60,616 bases of DNA from positions 1-60,616 of the IMG/VR virus record IMGVR_UViG_3300017751_000016; one strand, written 5' to 3'. The DNA is from a virus (Duplodnaviria > Caudoviricetes). Below the pieces are notes generated by a model. The model saw only the letters and a program-made list of their open reading frames with translations. It was not told the origin of the DNA and searched no databases. Positions 7,488 through 16,082 of this stretch are shown here, in pieces. Position numbers and translations under genes: made by a program. Within the stretch, counting starts at the first letter, position 1; every line of letters begins with the position of its first letter.

Positions 7488-8072
7488 TTAATTTGGACCG
7501 CCGTCTCCAATAGGATCTATTCCTACGTCATCGTAAATTCTTACCCATTTTTTAGCAGAAAAAGAAATTGTCATTCTCATAAGTCCTTGGTTGCTCCAAG
7601 AAACTGGTGTCAAGTTGATTAGTTTAGGCGTTGCATCAATTAATTTCCATGCAGCTAGAACATCATCTTTGGTGCTTAGTGATTTTATAGTAATATCTGC
7701 TACATAGTCAGTATAATATCTGACTTCTTTACTATTTGGATTTGCAGCAAGTGAGATCCAATCTTCAAATAATTCTCTACCAGAAAACAATTCATCCACC
7801 AAGAAGGTAAACGACATTTCTGTCGTTAAAAATTCTACGTTCTGAGTTCTATATTCTGTCCACGCACCTATCTTTATGGGCAAGTTAGTTGCTGCAATAC
7901 CAGGTATTTGAGCCTCTTCACAATACATGCTTATCGTTCGCATATAATCTGGTGAAGTACCTATCAAAGGCGGAGGTAAATTGAATACAACCTCAAATCT
8001 ATCAGATCGAGGAGTGTGTTGAGTTCTTATCTGCGTTAAGAAATTTTCGTATTTGGTCTGTGACTTAGCCAT
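7488..8072 (-). CDS. gp54: Baseplate tail-tube initiator gp54 (tail-tube fold)
   Basis: RFEV.F..P, CEEAQIPG, FEDWI, Y..DY..DITI motifs; synteny. Confidence 0.75.
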   Translation of the reverse strand: MAKSQTKYENFLTQIRTQHTPRSDRFEVVFNLPPPLIGTSPDYMRTISMYCEEAQIPGIAATNLPIKIGAWTEYRTQNVEFLTTEMSFTFLVDELFSGRELFEDWISLAANPNSKEVRYYTDYVADITIKSLSTKDDVLAAWKLIDATPKLINLTPVSWSNQGLMRMTISFSAKKWVRIYDDVGIDPIGDGGPN

Positions 8073-8640
8073 CTATTATATCTCTACTCTCTCGCCAAAC
8101 TTGTTGGTTCGAGGCTCCTTGGAAGTTTTGTGTTGGCAAAAATATAGATGCTTTCCAATGTTCTGGGTCTACTTTTAAGAATCTACTGTTTACTTGGCTG
8201 TACAGATATTTTTTTATTGTTGGCTGCACACCAGGAAACTTACTGAAAGATTTTAGCATACTCCATTTAACTTCGATCTTGCTCTTATCTGTCAGTTGCT
8301 TGTCGGTATAATTCAACAGTTCGCCCAGAAGTTTTGCTCTAAGCAAAGGTGGAAGATAATGTAAATTGAGTCCTACAAATCCACCAGGTGTATCATCAAA
8401 TGGCAAACACAGTGGGAACTGATCCCAATACGGTAACGTGTCTTTGTGTTTGGGATCATACACATACATGTACAGATTGCCAGGCTCTAAACGATTAGTG
8501 AATTCACCAATGTCTGAGCGAGATGCGTCACCAAAACTTCTGATGTTGCCCGCAACTTTACGGACAGCATCTTGATACCAGCGGAAGGATCGATCATTGC
8601 CGCCAGTGTTTGTTTGTATGTTTTCAAAAGGATTAGCCAT
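8065..8640 (-). CDS. gp2: DNA end protector protein gp2
   Basis: YDPKHKDTLPYWDQFPL, GLNLHYLPP..RA.LL, K.YL..QV.SRF, FLPT.NF. Confidence 0.93.
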   Translation of the reverse strand: MANPFENIQTNTGGNDRSFRWYQDAVRKVAGNIRSFGDASRSDIGEFTNRLEPGNLYMYVYDPKHKDTLPYWDQFPLCLPFDDTPGGFVGLNLHYLPPLLRAKLLGELLNYTDKQLTDKSKIEVKWSMLKSFSKFPGVQPTIKKYLYSQVNSRFLKVDPEHWKASIFLPTQNFQGASNQQVWRESRDIIDG

Positions 8641-8645
8641 AATAC

Positions 8646-8653
8646 TATTTATA
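8646..8653 (-). promoter_or_regulatory. T4-type late promoter for gp2-gp54
   Basis: TATAAATA on the minus strand just upstream of the gp2 start. Confidence 0.8.
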
Positions 8654-8654
8654 A

Positions 8655-9101
8655 CTATATACCGAGTTCTTTCTCAGTAATAATCATGAACTCCCAGTTG
8701 CGATCAAGACAAAATTCTTTTGCGGCTTCCCATTTAGCAAGATTCACTCCCCATTGTTTGACTTCGTTGATGAATCTTTTTGTTTTACGAGAAGGTCTTT
8801 TTGGCTCTTGTGTAAAACGCTTTGGCTTCACCTCAACTAGACACATTCTTACTTTTTCTTTACTTCGAATCTTCACAATAAAGTCTACAAAATACCGATG
8901 AATCTTGTTATCTAGCGGTGAACGATACGGTATTACTATCTCTTCGCTGCCCCATTCTAATACTGAGTCGCTTATATCGCACCAATTCATAAACTTCAAC
9001 TCGTAGCTAGACCTATATGTTATGCTTCTCACATTACCTTTGTATTTTGCTGGATTTCTTGGCTGAAATCTTCCTGAATAAACTTCTTTCGAATATGTCA
9101 T
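8655..9101 (-). CDS. gp4: Head completion nuclease gp4
   Basis: G.F.P.NP.KYKG, YRSSYE.KFM.WCD, WGSEE..IPY.SP.D..IHRYFVDF, EVKP, KW.AA. Confidence 0.95.
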   Translation of the reverse strand: MTYSKEVYSGRFQPRNPAKYKGNVRSITYRSSYELKFMNWCDISDSVLEWGSEEIVIPYRSPLDNKIHRYFVDFIVKIRSKEKVRMCLVEVKPKRFTQEPKRPSRKTKRFINEVKQWGVNLAKWEAAKEFCLDRNWEFMIITEKELGI

Positions 9102-9120
9102 GTACTAAACTTTTGTCCGT

Positions 9121-9128
9121 TATAAATA
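9121..9128 (+). promoter_or_regulatory. T4-type late promoter for repeat-protein module 1
   Basis: TATAAATA in the divergent intergenic region. Confidence 0.8.
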
Positions 9129-9168
9129 AAATAAACTAGAACACTATTTATCTATCAGGAATTGAACA

Positions 9169-9714
9169 ATGGCTACTATTGTAACTAGAGCTGGCAAAGC
9201 ATCTGCACTCACAACGGCAGAAATGGATGCTAATTTTACAAATTTGAACGATGAGCTTGCGGCGGTAGATGTTAGTGGTAAGCTGGATGCCGCTAACGGT
9301 ACTGCTACCGGAACTTTGAACGCAGCTAATATCACTGCTACCGGAGATATTTCAGCGGACAACATCACTGCGGATCTTAAAGGTTACGGCGAAGTAATGC
9401 TGACAACTGCTTCTGCAACTGGTGCTATCAGTCTAGACTTATCTGCTGCTAATATCTTCAGACTAAATCTTACAGGAAACGCTACTGTAACTTTTACTAA
9501 TCCTCCTGCAGCGGGTTCTACTTCGGTTGCTACTATTATTGCAATTCAAGATGGATCTGGTGGTCATACAATTACGTGGACAGACGGTGCTTATGCCGGC
9601 GGTGTTGTTCCTCCTGCTACTACTGGCGCCAATGATGTTGATATTTGGACAGCATTTACATATGACCAAGGCACGTCATATGTTGTTTCTCTATCTATGA
9701 AGGATGTTAGCTAA
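9169..9714 (+). CDS. Virion structural/fibre anchor protein
   Basis: N-terminal MATIVTRAGKASALTTAEMDANFTNLN attachment-type motif; C-terminal QDGSGGHTITW...P..TTGANDVDI beta domain. Confidence 0.65.
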   Translation: MATIVTRAGKASALTTAEMDANFTNLNDELAAVDVSGKLDAANGTATGTLNAANITATGDISADNITADLKGYGEVMLTTASATGAISLDLSAANIFRLNLTGNATVTFTNPPAAGSTSVATIIAIQDGSGGHTITWTDGAYAGGVVPPATTGANDVDIWTAFTYDQGTSYVVSLSMKDVS

Positions 9715-11138
9715 TGCCAATTGGTAAGTTTGGTCTAGAAAAAACCTGGAGAGCTAGTGGTACTGGTACTACTACCGTCACTGCTTCTGGTAATTTTGAT
9801 GTGCCATTCGGAAAACATGATATCACAGTAGAGGGCAAAGGCGGCACAGGTACAGCAGCAGTTCCTTCCAATGTGGCATCATACAATGCAGGTGCGGCGG
9901 GTAATCCTGCAACATACAATGCACCAACACCAGGTAACGTAGCATCATACAATGCAGCTACGCCGGGTAACGTAGCATCATACAATGCAGACTCTGGTGG
10001 CAATATCGCTACTTACAATTCAGAGACTGCGGGTAATCCTGCAACATACAATGCACCAACACCTGGATCTGCGGCATCATACAATGCACCAACACCTGGA
10101 TCTGCGGCAACATACAATTCGCCAATTGCTGGCACTATATCAACATATAATCCTGCAACTGGGGGAAATGTTGCGACATATAATTCTTCATCAGGAGGAA
10201 ATCCTGCAACATACAATCCAGTAACATACAATGCACCAGGAACTACACCCGGTACCGTAGCATCATACAATCCAGTAATATACTCACCTGGTGGAGTTGT
10301 ACCTGGAAATGTTTCAAGTGGCGGTACCGCTGCAACATACAATGCACCATCAGGTTCACCAGGAACTGTTTCAGGTGGCGGTACCGCTGCAACATACAAT
10401 GCACCAGTATAAACAGCAGGAACGGTTGCATCATTTAATCCAGTAACATACAATGCACCAACATTTTCACCAGGAACGGTTGCATCATATAATCCAATAA
10501 TATACAATCCGGATACTTACGTTCCACCATCTTCAAATGGCGGTAATGCTGCAACATATAATGCACCATCATTTTCACCAGGAAATGTTTCTGGTGGTGG
10601 CACCGCAGTGACCTACAATACATTTACACCACCAGGGCCTGCAACATACAATGCACCAACACCTGGATCTGCGGCAACATATAATGCACCAACACCTGGA
10701 TCTGCTGCAACATACAATGCACCAACACCTGGATCTGCTGCAACATACAATGCACCAACACCGGGTACTGTAGCTTCATACAATTCAGGTGCTTCTAGTA
10801 ATCCTGCAACATACAATCCAGAAATATCAGGAAATCCTGCGTCATACAATTCGCCAATATCTGGTAACGTGGCTAGTTATAATGCAGACGTAGCAGGAAA
10901 TATAGCGAGTTATAATTCAGCGGCCGGAGGTAATGTAGCAACATATAACTCTGCTCAGCCAGCAGTCGCTGGTCAACCTGCAACCGCAATGGGAGTGACT
11001 TTACCAGGATCTAATGTTGGCGGAACAGCAGCACCATATACACCTCCACAAAAAGTATCTTACTATGATTATCCAGATTCAGATACTTATCCGGTCACTG
11101 TGACTGATGGCGGTAATGTAGTAATAAAAAGCAATTGA
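9714..11138 (+). CDS. Pro/Tyr-rich repeat virion protein (~474 codons, 11-aa YNAPTPGSAAT-type repeats) interrupted by one in-frame TAA at 10410-10412
   Basis: The frame and repeat pattern continue past the TAA into the track ORF 10608..11138; non-repeat N- and C-terminal caps. Confidence 0.75.
10641..10763 (+). repeat. 33-bp coding tandem repeat (ATYNAPTPGSA, about 3.7 copies)
   Basis: GCAACATA(C/T)AATGCACCAACACCTGGATCTGC(G/T) units; similar copies at ~10041-10115. Confidence 0.85.
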
Positions 11139-11163
11139 CAATCATCTAAATATGATGTAGAAT
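11135..11163 (+). promoter_or_regulatory. Sigma70-type promoter for the oxygenase-glycosyltransferase operon
   Basis: TTGACA-N17-TAGAAT; the spacer holds the inverted repeat ATCAT-N6-ATGAT. Confidence 0.7.
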
Positions 11164-11192
11164 TGTATATATTATTTAAAAAGTGAAAAATT

Positions 11193-11783
11193 ATGACCGG
11201 AATAAACAAGTATTTAGGTACTTTCGAATGCTATGCTCACATGAATCGAGCATTCACGGAAGAAGAAGTTGAAAAGATACGGGAGATAGAAGAACTACAG
11301 AGCTTTCAAAAAGGTACAATTAGCAGTAAGCTCTCAGGCACCGCCTTAAAGAAAGCAAGAGATTCAGATGTATTCTTTATGGACCATGATGAAAATACTG
11401 ATTGGTTGTATCAAAGAATGTCCTACCTAATAGCGCAAGCTAACCACGATCACTTTTTATATAATGTAGATGACTTTGGTCCCATGCAATATACTAAATA
11501 TAAAAAAGATGGTCACTACTGTTGGCATTGGGACGTATTCTTTGGTTGGCAGAAAAATGCTAGGAAAATATCAGTAGTAGTATTTTTGAATGAGCCAGAA
11601 GATTATGAAGGCGGCGAGTTTGAAATAGTTACTAATGGCAATCTAGATGAGATTAAGAAACTAAAACCTTTAAAAGGCGATGCACTGTTTTTTGCGTCTT
11701 GGATGCCACATCGAGTTTTACCGGTAACTTCTGGTGAAAGAAATACACTTGTGACTTGGGTTACTGGTCCTAGAGAATCGTAA
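11193..11783 (+). CDS. 2OG-Fe(II) oxygenase, prolyl-4-hydroxylase/PKHD-like
   Basis: QYTKY, H-x-D (WHWD), RKISVVVFLNEPEDYEGGEF, FASWMPHRVLPVTSGERNTLVTWVTGP. Confidence 0.92.
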   Translation: MTGINKYLGTFECYAHMNRAFTEEEVEKIREIEELQSFQKGTISSKLSGTALKKARDSDVFFMDHDENTDWLYQRMSYLIAQANHDHFLYNVDDFGPMQYTKYKKDGHYCWHWDVFFGWQKNARKISVVVFLNEPEDYEGGEFEIVTNGNLDEIKKLKPLKGDALFFASWMPHRVLPVTSGERNTLVTWVTGPRES

Positions 11784-12511
11784 TGTTTAATTTTTTGAAG
11801 AGAAAAGAAAAGCCTATAATTGAGTTTTATTGTCATCCAAATGTCGAAGGTACTATTCCAGCTCCAAGACCAGCAAACAAACATGTGCCAGATTGGTTTA
11901 AAAGCATACCACCTACAATGACTGGACGTGATGCTAGAAATAGAAAAGGCCTGACTGCAAAAAAATGTATGCCAATGTTAGATGCAATGACACTAGGCTA
12001 TGTCATACCACTCTGCGGCGACCTTGGATTAAAGTCATCTGAGGACTGCGGCACTATTGAAGTTTTTAATCCTGAACCTATGAAATTGGCTGAGTTTCAT
12101 ACTCTAGATCAACTAGGACCAAAAGCTCCGGGTATGCCAGCGCCGCCAGTAAAATTTATTAATCCATGGGTTATAAAAACAGCACCCGGCTGGAGTACTT
12201 TAATAATTCCATTAGTGAACAACAGTCTTGCAAATCCTCACTTCACCTGTTTGGGTGGTCTGGTAGACACAGATACTTATCCTAAAGAGATTAACTTTCC
12301 TGCTGTTTGGCACACTCCAAATTTTGATGGCTTTCTACCGTCGGGCACTCCATTAGTACTAGCTATACCTATAAAGAGGTCTTCTGTTCCTAGAGAATGC
12401 GTGACTAGACCGATGACAGACAAAGAATTCAAAGATATTGATCTTTTACACAGAAGGCAATCCAATAAAATAAACGTCTACACTGATGAGTTGAGAGAGA
12501 AAAGAAAATAA
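11783..12511 (+). CDS. Conserved phage hypothetical protein (KKC.P.LDA...GYVIP family), paralog of the next gene
   Basis: P.PA....PDWFK, KKCMPMLDAMTLGYVIP, KFINPW.IKT.PGWS, G.VDTD.Y, GTPL...IP. Confidence 0.65.
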   Translation: MFNFLKRKEKPIIEFYCHPNVEGTIPAPRPANKHVPDWFKSIPPTMTGRDARNRKGLTAKKCMPMLDAMTLGYVIPLCGDLGLKSSEDCGTIEVFNPEPMKLAEFHTLDQLGPKAPGMPAPPVKFINPWVIKTAPGWSTLIIPLVNNSLANPHFTCLGGLVDTDTYPKEINFPAVWHTPNFDGFLPSGTPLVLAIPIKRSSVPRECVTRPMTDKEFKDIDLLHRRQSNKINVYTDELREKRK

Positions 12512-13233
12512 TGTTTTCAATATTCAAAAAAGAAAAAGACATTGAGTTTGTAGACGTAACTAGAAATGCGTATCTAGATTTTCCTATCATGATGGCGAAA
12601 GATGTGCCTGTACTGGGAAAAGATGAGAGAATAGAGAAGTATGGCGTGAACACGTTTGTACATTGTCCTGGTATGGTAGATTACGCTAAATTAGGATATG
12701 TCATACCTGCTTGGTGTGATATGCGTATTAAGGCAAACAAAGCGGGAGTTGTTGCCACAATTGGAGACAATAAGAGAGGCACTAGAGGATTTCATCTGCC
12801 CAAAAAAATGGATCATACCATCGTTGATGGTATTTTTGAGCCAGAAGATGACGTTCCATTAACAGTTCTGCATATAGGTGCACCTTGGAACATTTTTGTC
12901 AATAAGAATATATCTGCATTAATACTTCCTGCTACTTATCATTCGAAAATTTTCGATGATTTACATGTTTGGCCAGGAGTAGTTGACTACAAAAATTTCA
13001 CTACTGCTAATCTGATTTGTACTCCTAAGCGTAAGTGTGAACTAACCATCAAAGCTGGTGAACCACTTCTACATATTATACCTTTTCTTAATACTCATTT
13101 AGAAGGTGGATATGGACCAGGTACAGATCAACAGGTAGATAAAAGTAGAAATACTATTTTGGGAGGAGACTCTCAATATTACAGAAAATTTCTTTCTGTC
13201 AGAAAAATATTTAGACTGGATAAAAAAGAATGA
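12511..13233 (+). CDS. Conserved phage hypothetical protein, paralog of 11783..12511
   Basis: HCPGMVDYAKLGYVIPAWCD, PW.I, PGVVDY, IKAGEPLLHIIPF align with the upstream paralog. Confidence 0.65.
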   Translation: MFSIFKKEKDIEFVDVTRNAYLDFPIMMAKDVPVLGKDERIEKYGVNTFVHCPGMVDYAKLGYVIPAWCDMRIKANKAGVVATIGDNKRGTRGFHLPKKMDHTIVDGIFEPEDDVPLTVLHIGAPWNIFVNKNISALILPATYHSKIFDDLHVWPGVVDYKNFTTANLICTPKRKCELTIKAGEPLLHIIPFLNTHLEGGYGPGTDQQVDKSRNTILGGDSQYYRKFLSVRKIFRLDKKE

Positions 13234-14180
13234 AAATATTCGTTAGTGTAGTATCATTTAGAGATCCTTTGCTGAAATACACTATTAAAAGCTTACTGGA
13301 AGAACAGTCGGGCGACAATGAAATTATAATTGGGATATTTGAACAAACAAAACTAGAAGATAGTCTGGTTTCTATTGAAAAGAAACTCATAGAAAACCCT
13401 AATATCAGATACAAAAGAATTGAGCCTGAATACGCAGCAGGAGTAGTTTGGGCAAGAAAAATAAATGCAGCTCAGATAGAAGATGAAGATTTTTTATATC
13501 AAGTTGATTCTCATATTGTTTACGACAAAGACTGGGACCGATACTTATTACAAGACTGGGAGCTTGCTAGACAAAAAACAAACAGCTCTAGAGTAGTTCT
13601 AACTGCCGCATGTCATAATTACAGTCTTGATGCTGCTGGTATTCCCCATAAACTGTCAGACAAAAATAATCCTCTTGCTACTTCTGCCAAGTATTTTACT
13701 TTTCAGAAACACAACAGAATGCCAGCAGCACATGGCGAATGGATACCAAAAACTGATGATGTAATGCCAGCTATTCATATTTTTGCAGGCAATTTTTTTG
13801 CTCCTACACGATGGGTTGATGATGTTGGATATGATGCTAGAATATTCTTTGAAGGCGAAGAGCATTATATGGTAATGAAATCTTTCATACAAGGCTGGCA
13901 TCTATATCACCAAAGAGAAATGCATTGCTATCACTATGATGGATCAAATGATCATGTAACAAAACACTGGATTGATCCTGTCACTGATAACTATTCGAAT
14001 ATGATGGTAAAGGGATTAGTGTATTGGAAAAAATTTATTGACAGCATCTCGGAAGAAGACTTAAAAAAATATCATGAATACTCTGGAGTAGATTATATTA
14101 ATTGCATAATTGAAGAAAGAGCGTTTACTCGTCAAATTATAGATCCTCATGCAACTGGCACACCGGACTCAGAAGATTAG
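13230..14180 (+). CDS. Glycosyltransferase of the Skp1-hydroxyproline GlcNAc-transferase (Gnt1/GT60-like) type
   Basis: IFVSVVSFRDP, G.VWAR, EDFLYQVDSH (DxH), WD..L, FAGNFF, YD..IFFEGEE, GW.LY...CYH.Y motifs. Confidence 0.8.
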   Translation: MKIFVSVVSFRDPLLKYTIKSLLEEQSGDNEIIIGIFEQTKLEDSLVSIEKKLIENPNIRYKRIEPEYAAGVVWARKINAAQIEDEDFLYQVDSHIVYDKDWDRYLLQDWELARQKTNSSRVVLTAACHNYSLDAAGIPHKLSDKNNPLATSAKYFTFQKHNRMPAAHGEWIPKTDDVMPAIHIFAGNFFAPTRWVDDVGYDARIFFEGEEHYMVMKSFIQGWHLYHQREMHCYHYDGSNDHVTKHWIDPVTDNYSNMMVKGLVYWKKFIDSISEEDLKKYHEYSGVDYINCIIEERAFTRQIIDPHATGTPDSED

Positions 14181-14199
14181 TAATACATTAAATTCCTGT

Positions 14200-14207
14200 T
14201 ATAAATA
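14200..14207 (+). promoter_or_regulatory. T4-type late promoter for the gp48 operon
   Basis: TATAAATA. Confidence 0.8.
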
Positions 14208-14237
14208 AAGAAAACGATTCTGCATACAGGAATTAAA

Positions 14238-15575
14238 ATGAACGATACCGTAAGAACTCCTACCGGGCAACAGCGAAATAGAACCTCTGCGGCACAGAGG
14301 GCTGCAGACAATGGAAAAATTTCACAAGAACAAGCTAATGAAATGCGTTTCATTCAAGATGCTGCGCCAGCTGAGGAAGATAATTCAGGGACTATATTTG
14401 ACGGAAAAAATAATCATGATACTGAAAATCTGTCTGATATTAGTCAAGAAGATCAAGATAACCTAAAGAAATACGTTTATACTACAGTCAAAGCATTTGA
14501 ATATCCTTTGCGGCTAGGCGAATCTACCAACAACTCAGAACCAGAGCATCTTCATAGTGTTCGATTTACTGCTCTTGCAAGAGAAAATAGTAGAGTGGCG
14601 CTGGCGACAAATTCAGCAATAGACGAAGAAAACAAAAGCTGGTTTGGATCAGACTATGCTGATTATGGCGTTAGTGGTAGTCTAGAAGCGGTCGACAGAA
14701 CAGAACAAAATAGATTAAGTGCAGAACAAGCCGGTGCTTTGGCTTTATTATCAGGCGGCGCCGCCGGTGCTGCGTTAGGAGTAAAACTAGCTGGAAAGAT
14801 CGGCGAAGGTACAAATGCAATTGGAAGTACTCTTGGATTTATTGGTGGTGCAGGCGCCGGCGTTGGTCTTGCAGCAGGCGTGGTAGAAAGAGTAAGAACG
14901 GTAAGAACTCTCGGTTTGATTGATTTATATATTTCTCAACCACCAATAGCTAGATACAGTGCTAACTGGGAAAACAAAGAACTTGGCGCTCTCGCTGGAG
15001 CTGCTGGTGCTGTCACTGATGCAATTCAGAACAGCGATATGAGTCAGTTACTGTCAGCTGGCACAGGAGTTGGTGAGCTTGGAATACGAAGTGCAATTAA
15101 AGCTGCCGCATCTTTACCGTCTTCACTAGGCATCACCGGGGAAATTGGGGCAGGGGTTGATCTCGCATCAGGAAAAACACCAAACCCATATAAAGAACAG
15201 CTATTTACAAGTATGGGATTTCGTCAGTTTGCGTTTAACTACAAATTTGCTCCAAGAAACAACGCAGAGTATGAAAATGTTAAGCGAATTATTGAACTTT
15301 TTAAATATCATATGCATCCTGAAAATGATCCTACTGGACTTTTCTTAGAATATCCTTCCGAGTTTGAAATAGAATATTGTTATAGGGGTGACATTAATCC
15401 CCACTTAAATAAAATATCTTCGTGTGCGCTTACTGATATGAAAATCACGTATGGCAATCAAGACGCTTTTACCACTATATTAAATACCGGTGGTGTGCCC
15501 GCTGAAATTAATGTAGAGTTGGCGTTTACTGAACTCGAAACTCTAACGAACAACAGAATAGCGGATGGTTTCTAA
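14238..15575 (+). CDS. gp48: Baseplate tail-tube cap gp48
   Basis: NPYKEQLF.SM.FRQF.FNYKFAPRN..E, FKYHMHPE, YPSEF.IEY, ELAFTELE. Confidence 0.88.
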   Translation: MNDTVRTPTGQQRNRTSAAQRAADNGKISQEQANEMRFIQDAAPAEEDNSGTIFDGKNNHDTENLSDISQEDQDNLKKYVYTTVKAFEYPLRLGESTNNSEPEHLHSVRFTALARENSRVALATNSAIDEENKSWFGSDYADYGVSGSLEAVDRTEQNRLSAEQAGALALLSGGAAGAALGVKLAGKIGEGTNAIGSTLGFIGGAGAGVGLAAGVVERVRTVRTLGLIDLYISQPPIARYSANWENKELGALAGAAGAVTDAIQNSDMSQLLSAGTGVGELGIRSAIKAAASLPSSLGITGEIGAGVDLASGKTPNPYKEQLFTSMGFRQFAFNYKFAPRNNAEYENVKRIIELFKYHMHPENDPTGLFLEYPSEFEIEYCYRGDINPHLNKISSCALTDMKITYGNQDAFTTILNTGGVPAEINVELAFTELETLTNNRIADGF

Positions 15576-16081
15576 TGTTTTTTAAAGCAATGCCCAAAAT
15601 ATCGTATAAGACTGGCGATAAAACAATACTAACTAAAGACATTTTTAGAAGAGTCGGGTTAGATAGAAAGAAGAACAATAAACTAGCAGTAAATGCGTAC
15701 TACATAAAAGATGGAGAAACGCCAGACATGTTGGCGAATAATTTTTATGGTAGTTCAAAGTACCATTGGATACTTCTCATCGTTAATGATATTGTAAGTG
15801 TGAATGAAGAGTGGCCAAAAAATCAAGAATTGATGTTCACATATACTGAGTCTAAGTATGGAATAGGAAATGCATCACTAGATCATCACTATAGGCTTAC
15901 GTCAGATATTTCAATAATAGTAGATCACGATGCAGATGCCATAACCGATGGCACAATAGAAGCAGTTTCAAATTTAGATTATGAACTTCAATTGAATGAA
16001 GAAAAAAGACAAATCTTTGTATTGAAACCTGAATTTCTAGCAGAGTTTATTGTTTCTTATAAATCATTGATGGCGCAATAA
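15575..16081 (+). CDS. gp53: Baseplate wedge subunit gp53
   Basis: MFF..MP.I.Y, Y.IKDGETPD.LA..FYG...YHW.IL.VN, NEEKRQI.VLKPE. Confidence 0.9.
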   Translation: MFFKAMPKISYKTGDKTILTKDIFRRVGLDRKKNNKLAVNAYYIKDGETPDMLANNFYGSSKYHWILLIVNDIVSVNEEWPKNQELMFTYTESKYGIGNASLDHHYRLTSDISIIVDHDADAITDGTIEAVSNLDYELQLNEEKRQIFVLKPEFLAEFIVSYKSLMAQ

Positions 16082-16082
16082 C

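Noticed and set aside
10410-10412. Genome-wide TAA reassignment (alternative genetic code)
   Set aside because: Many conserved genes (gp23, gp17, gp20, gp6) end at TAA at the expected position; only one internal TAA was seen
9707-10849. Antisense ORFs (9707..10003, 10013..10507, 10613..10849) over the repeat gene
   Set aside because: Shadow frames of a low-complexity sense gene, lacking RBS or promoter context
9860-10960. 33-bp periodic repeats as a possible CRISPR array
   Set aside because: No unique spacers; the period is a multiple of 3 with wobble-position variation, so these are coding repeats
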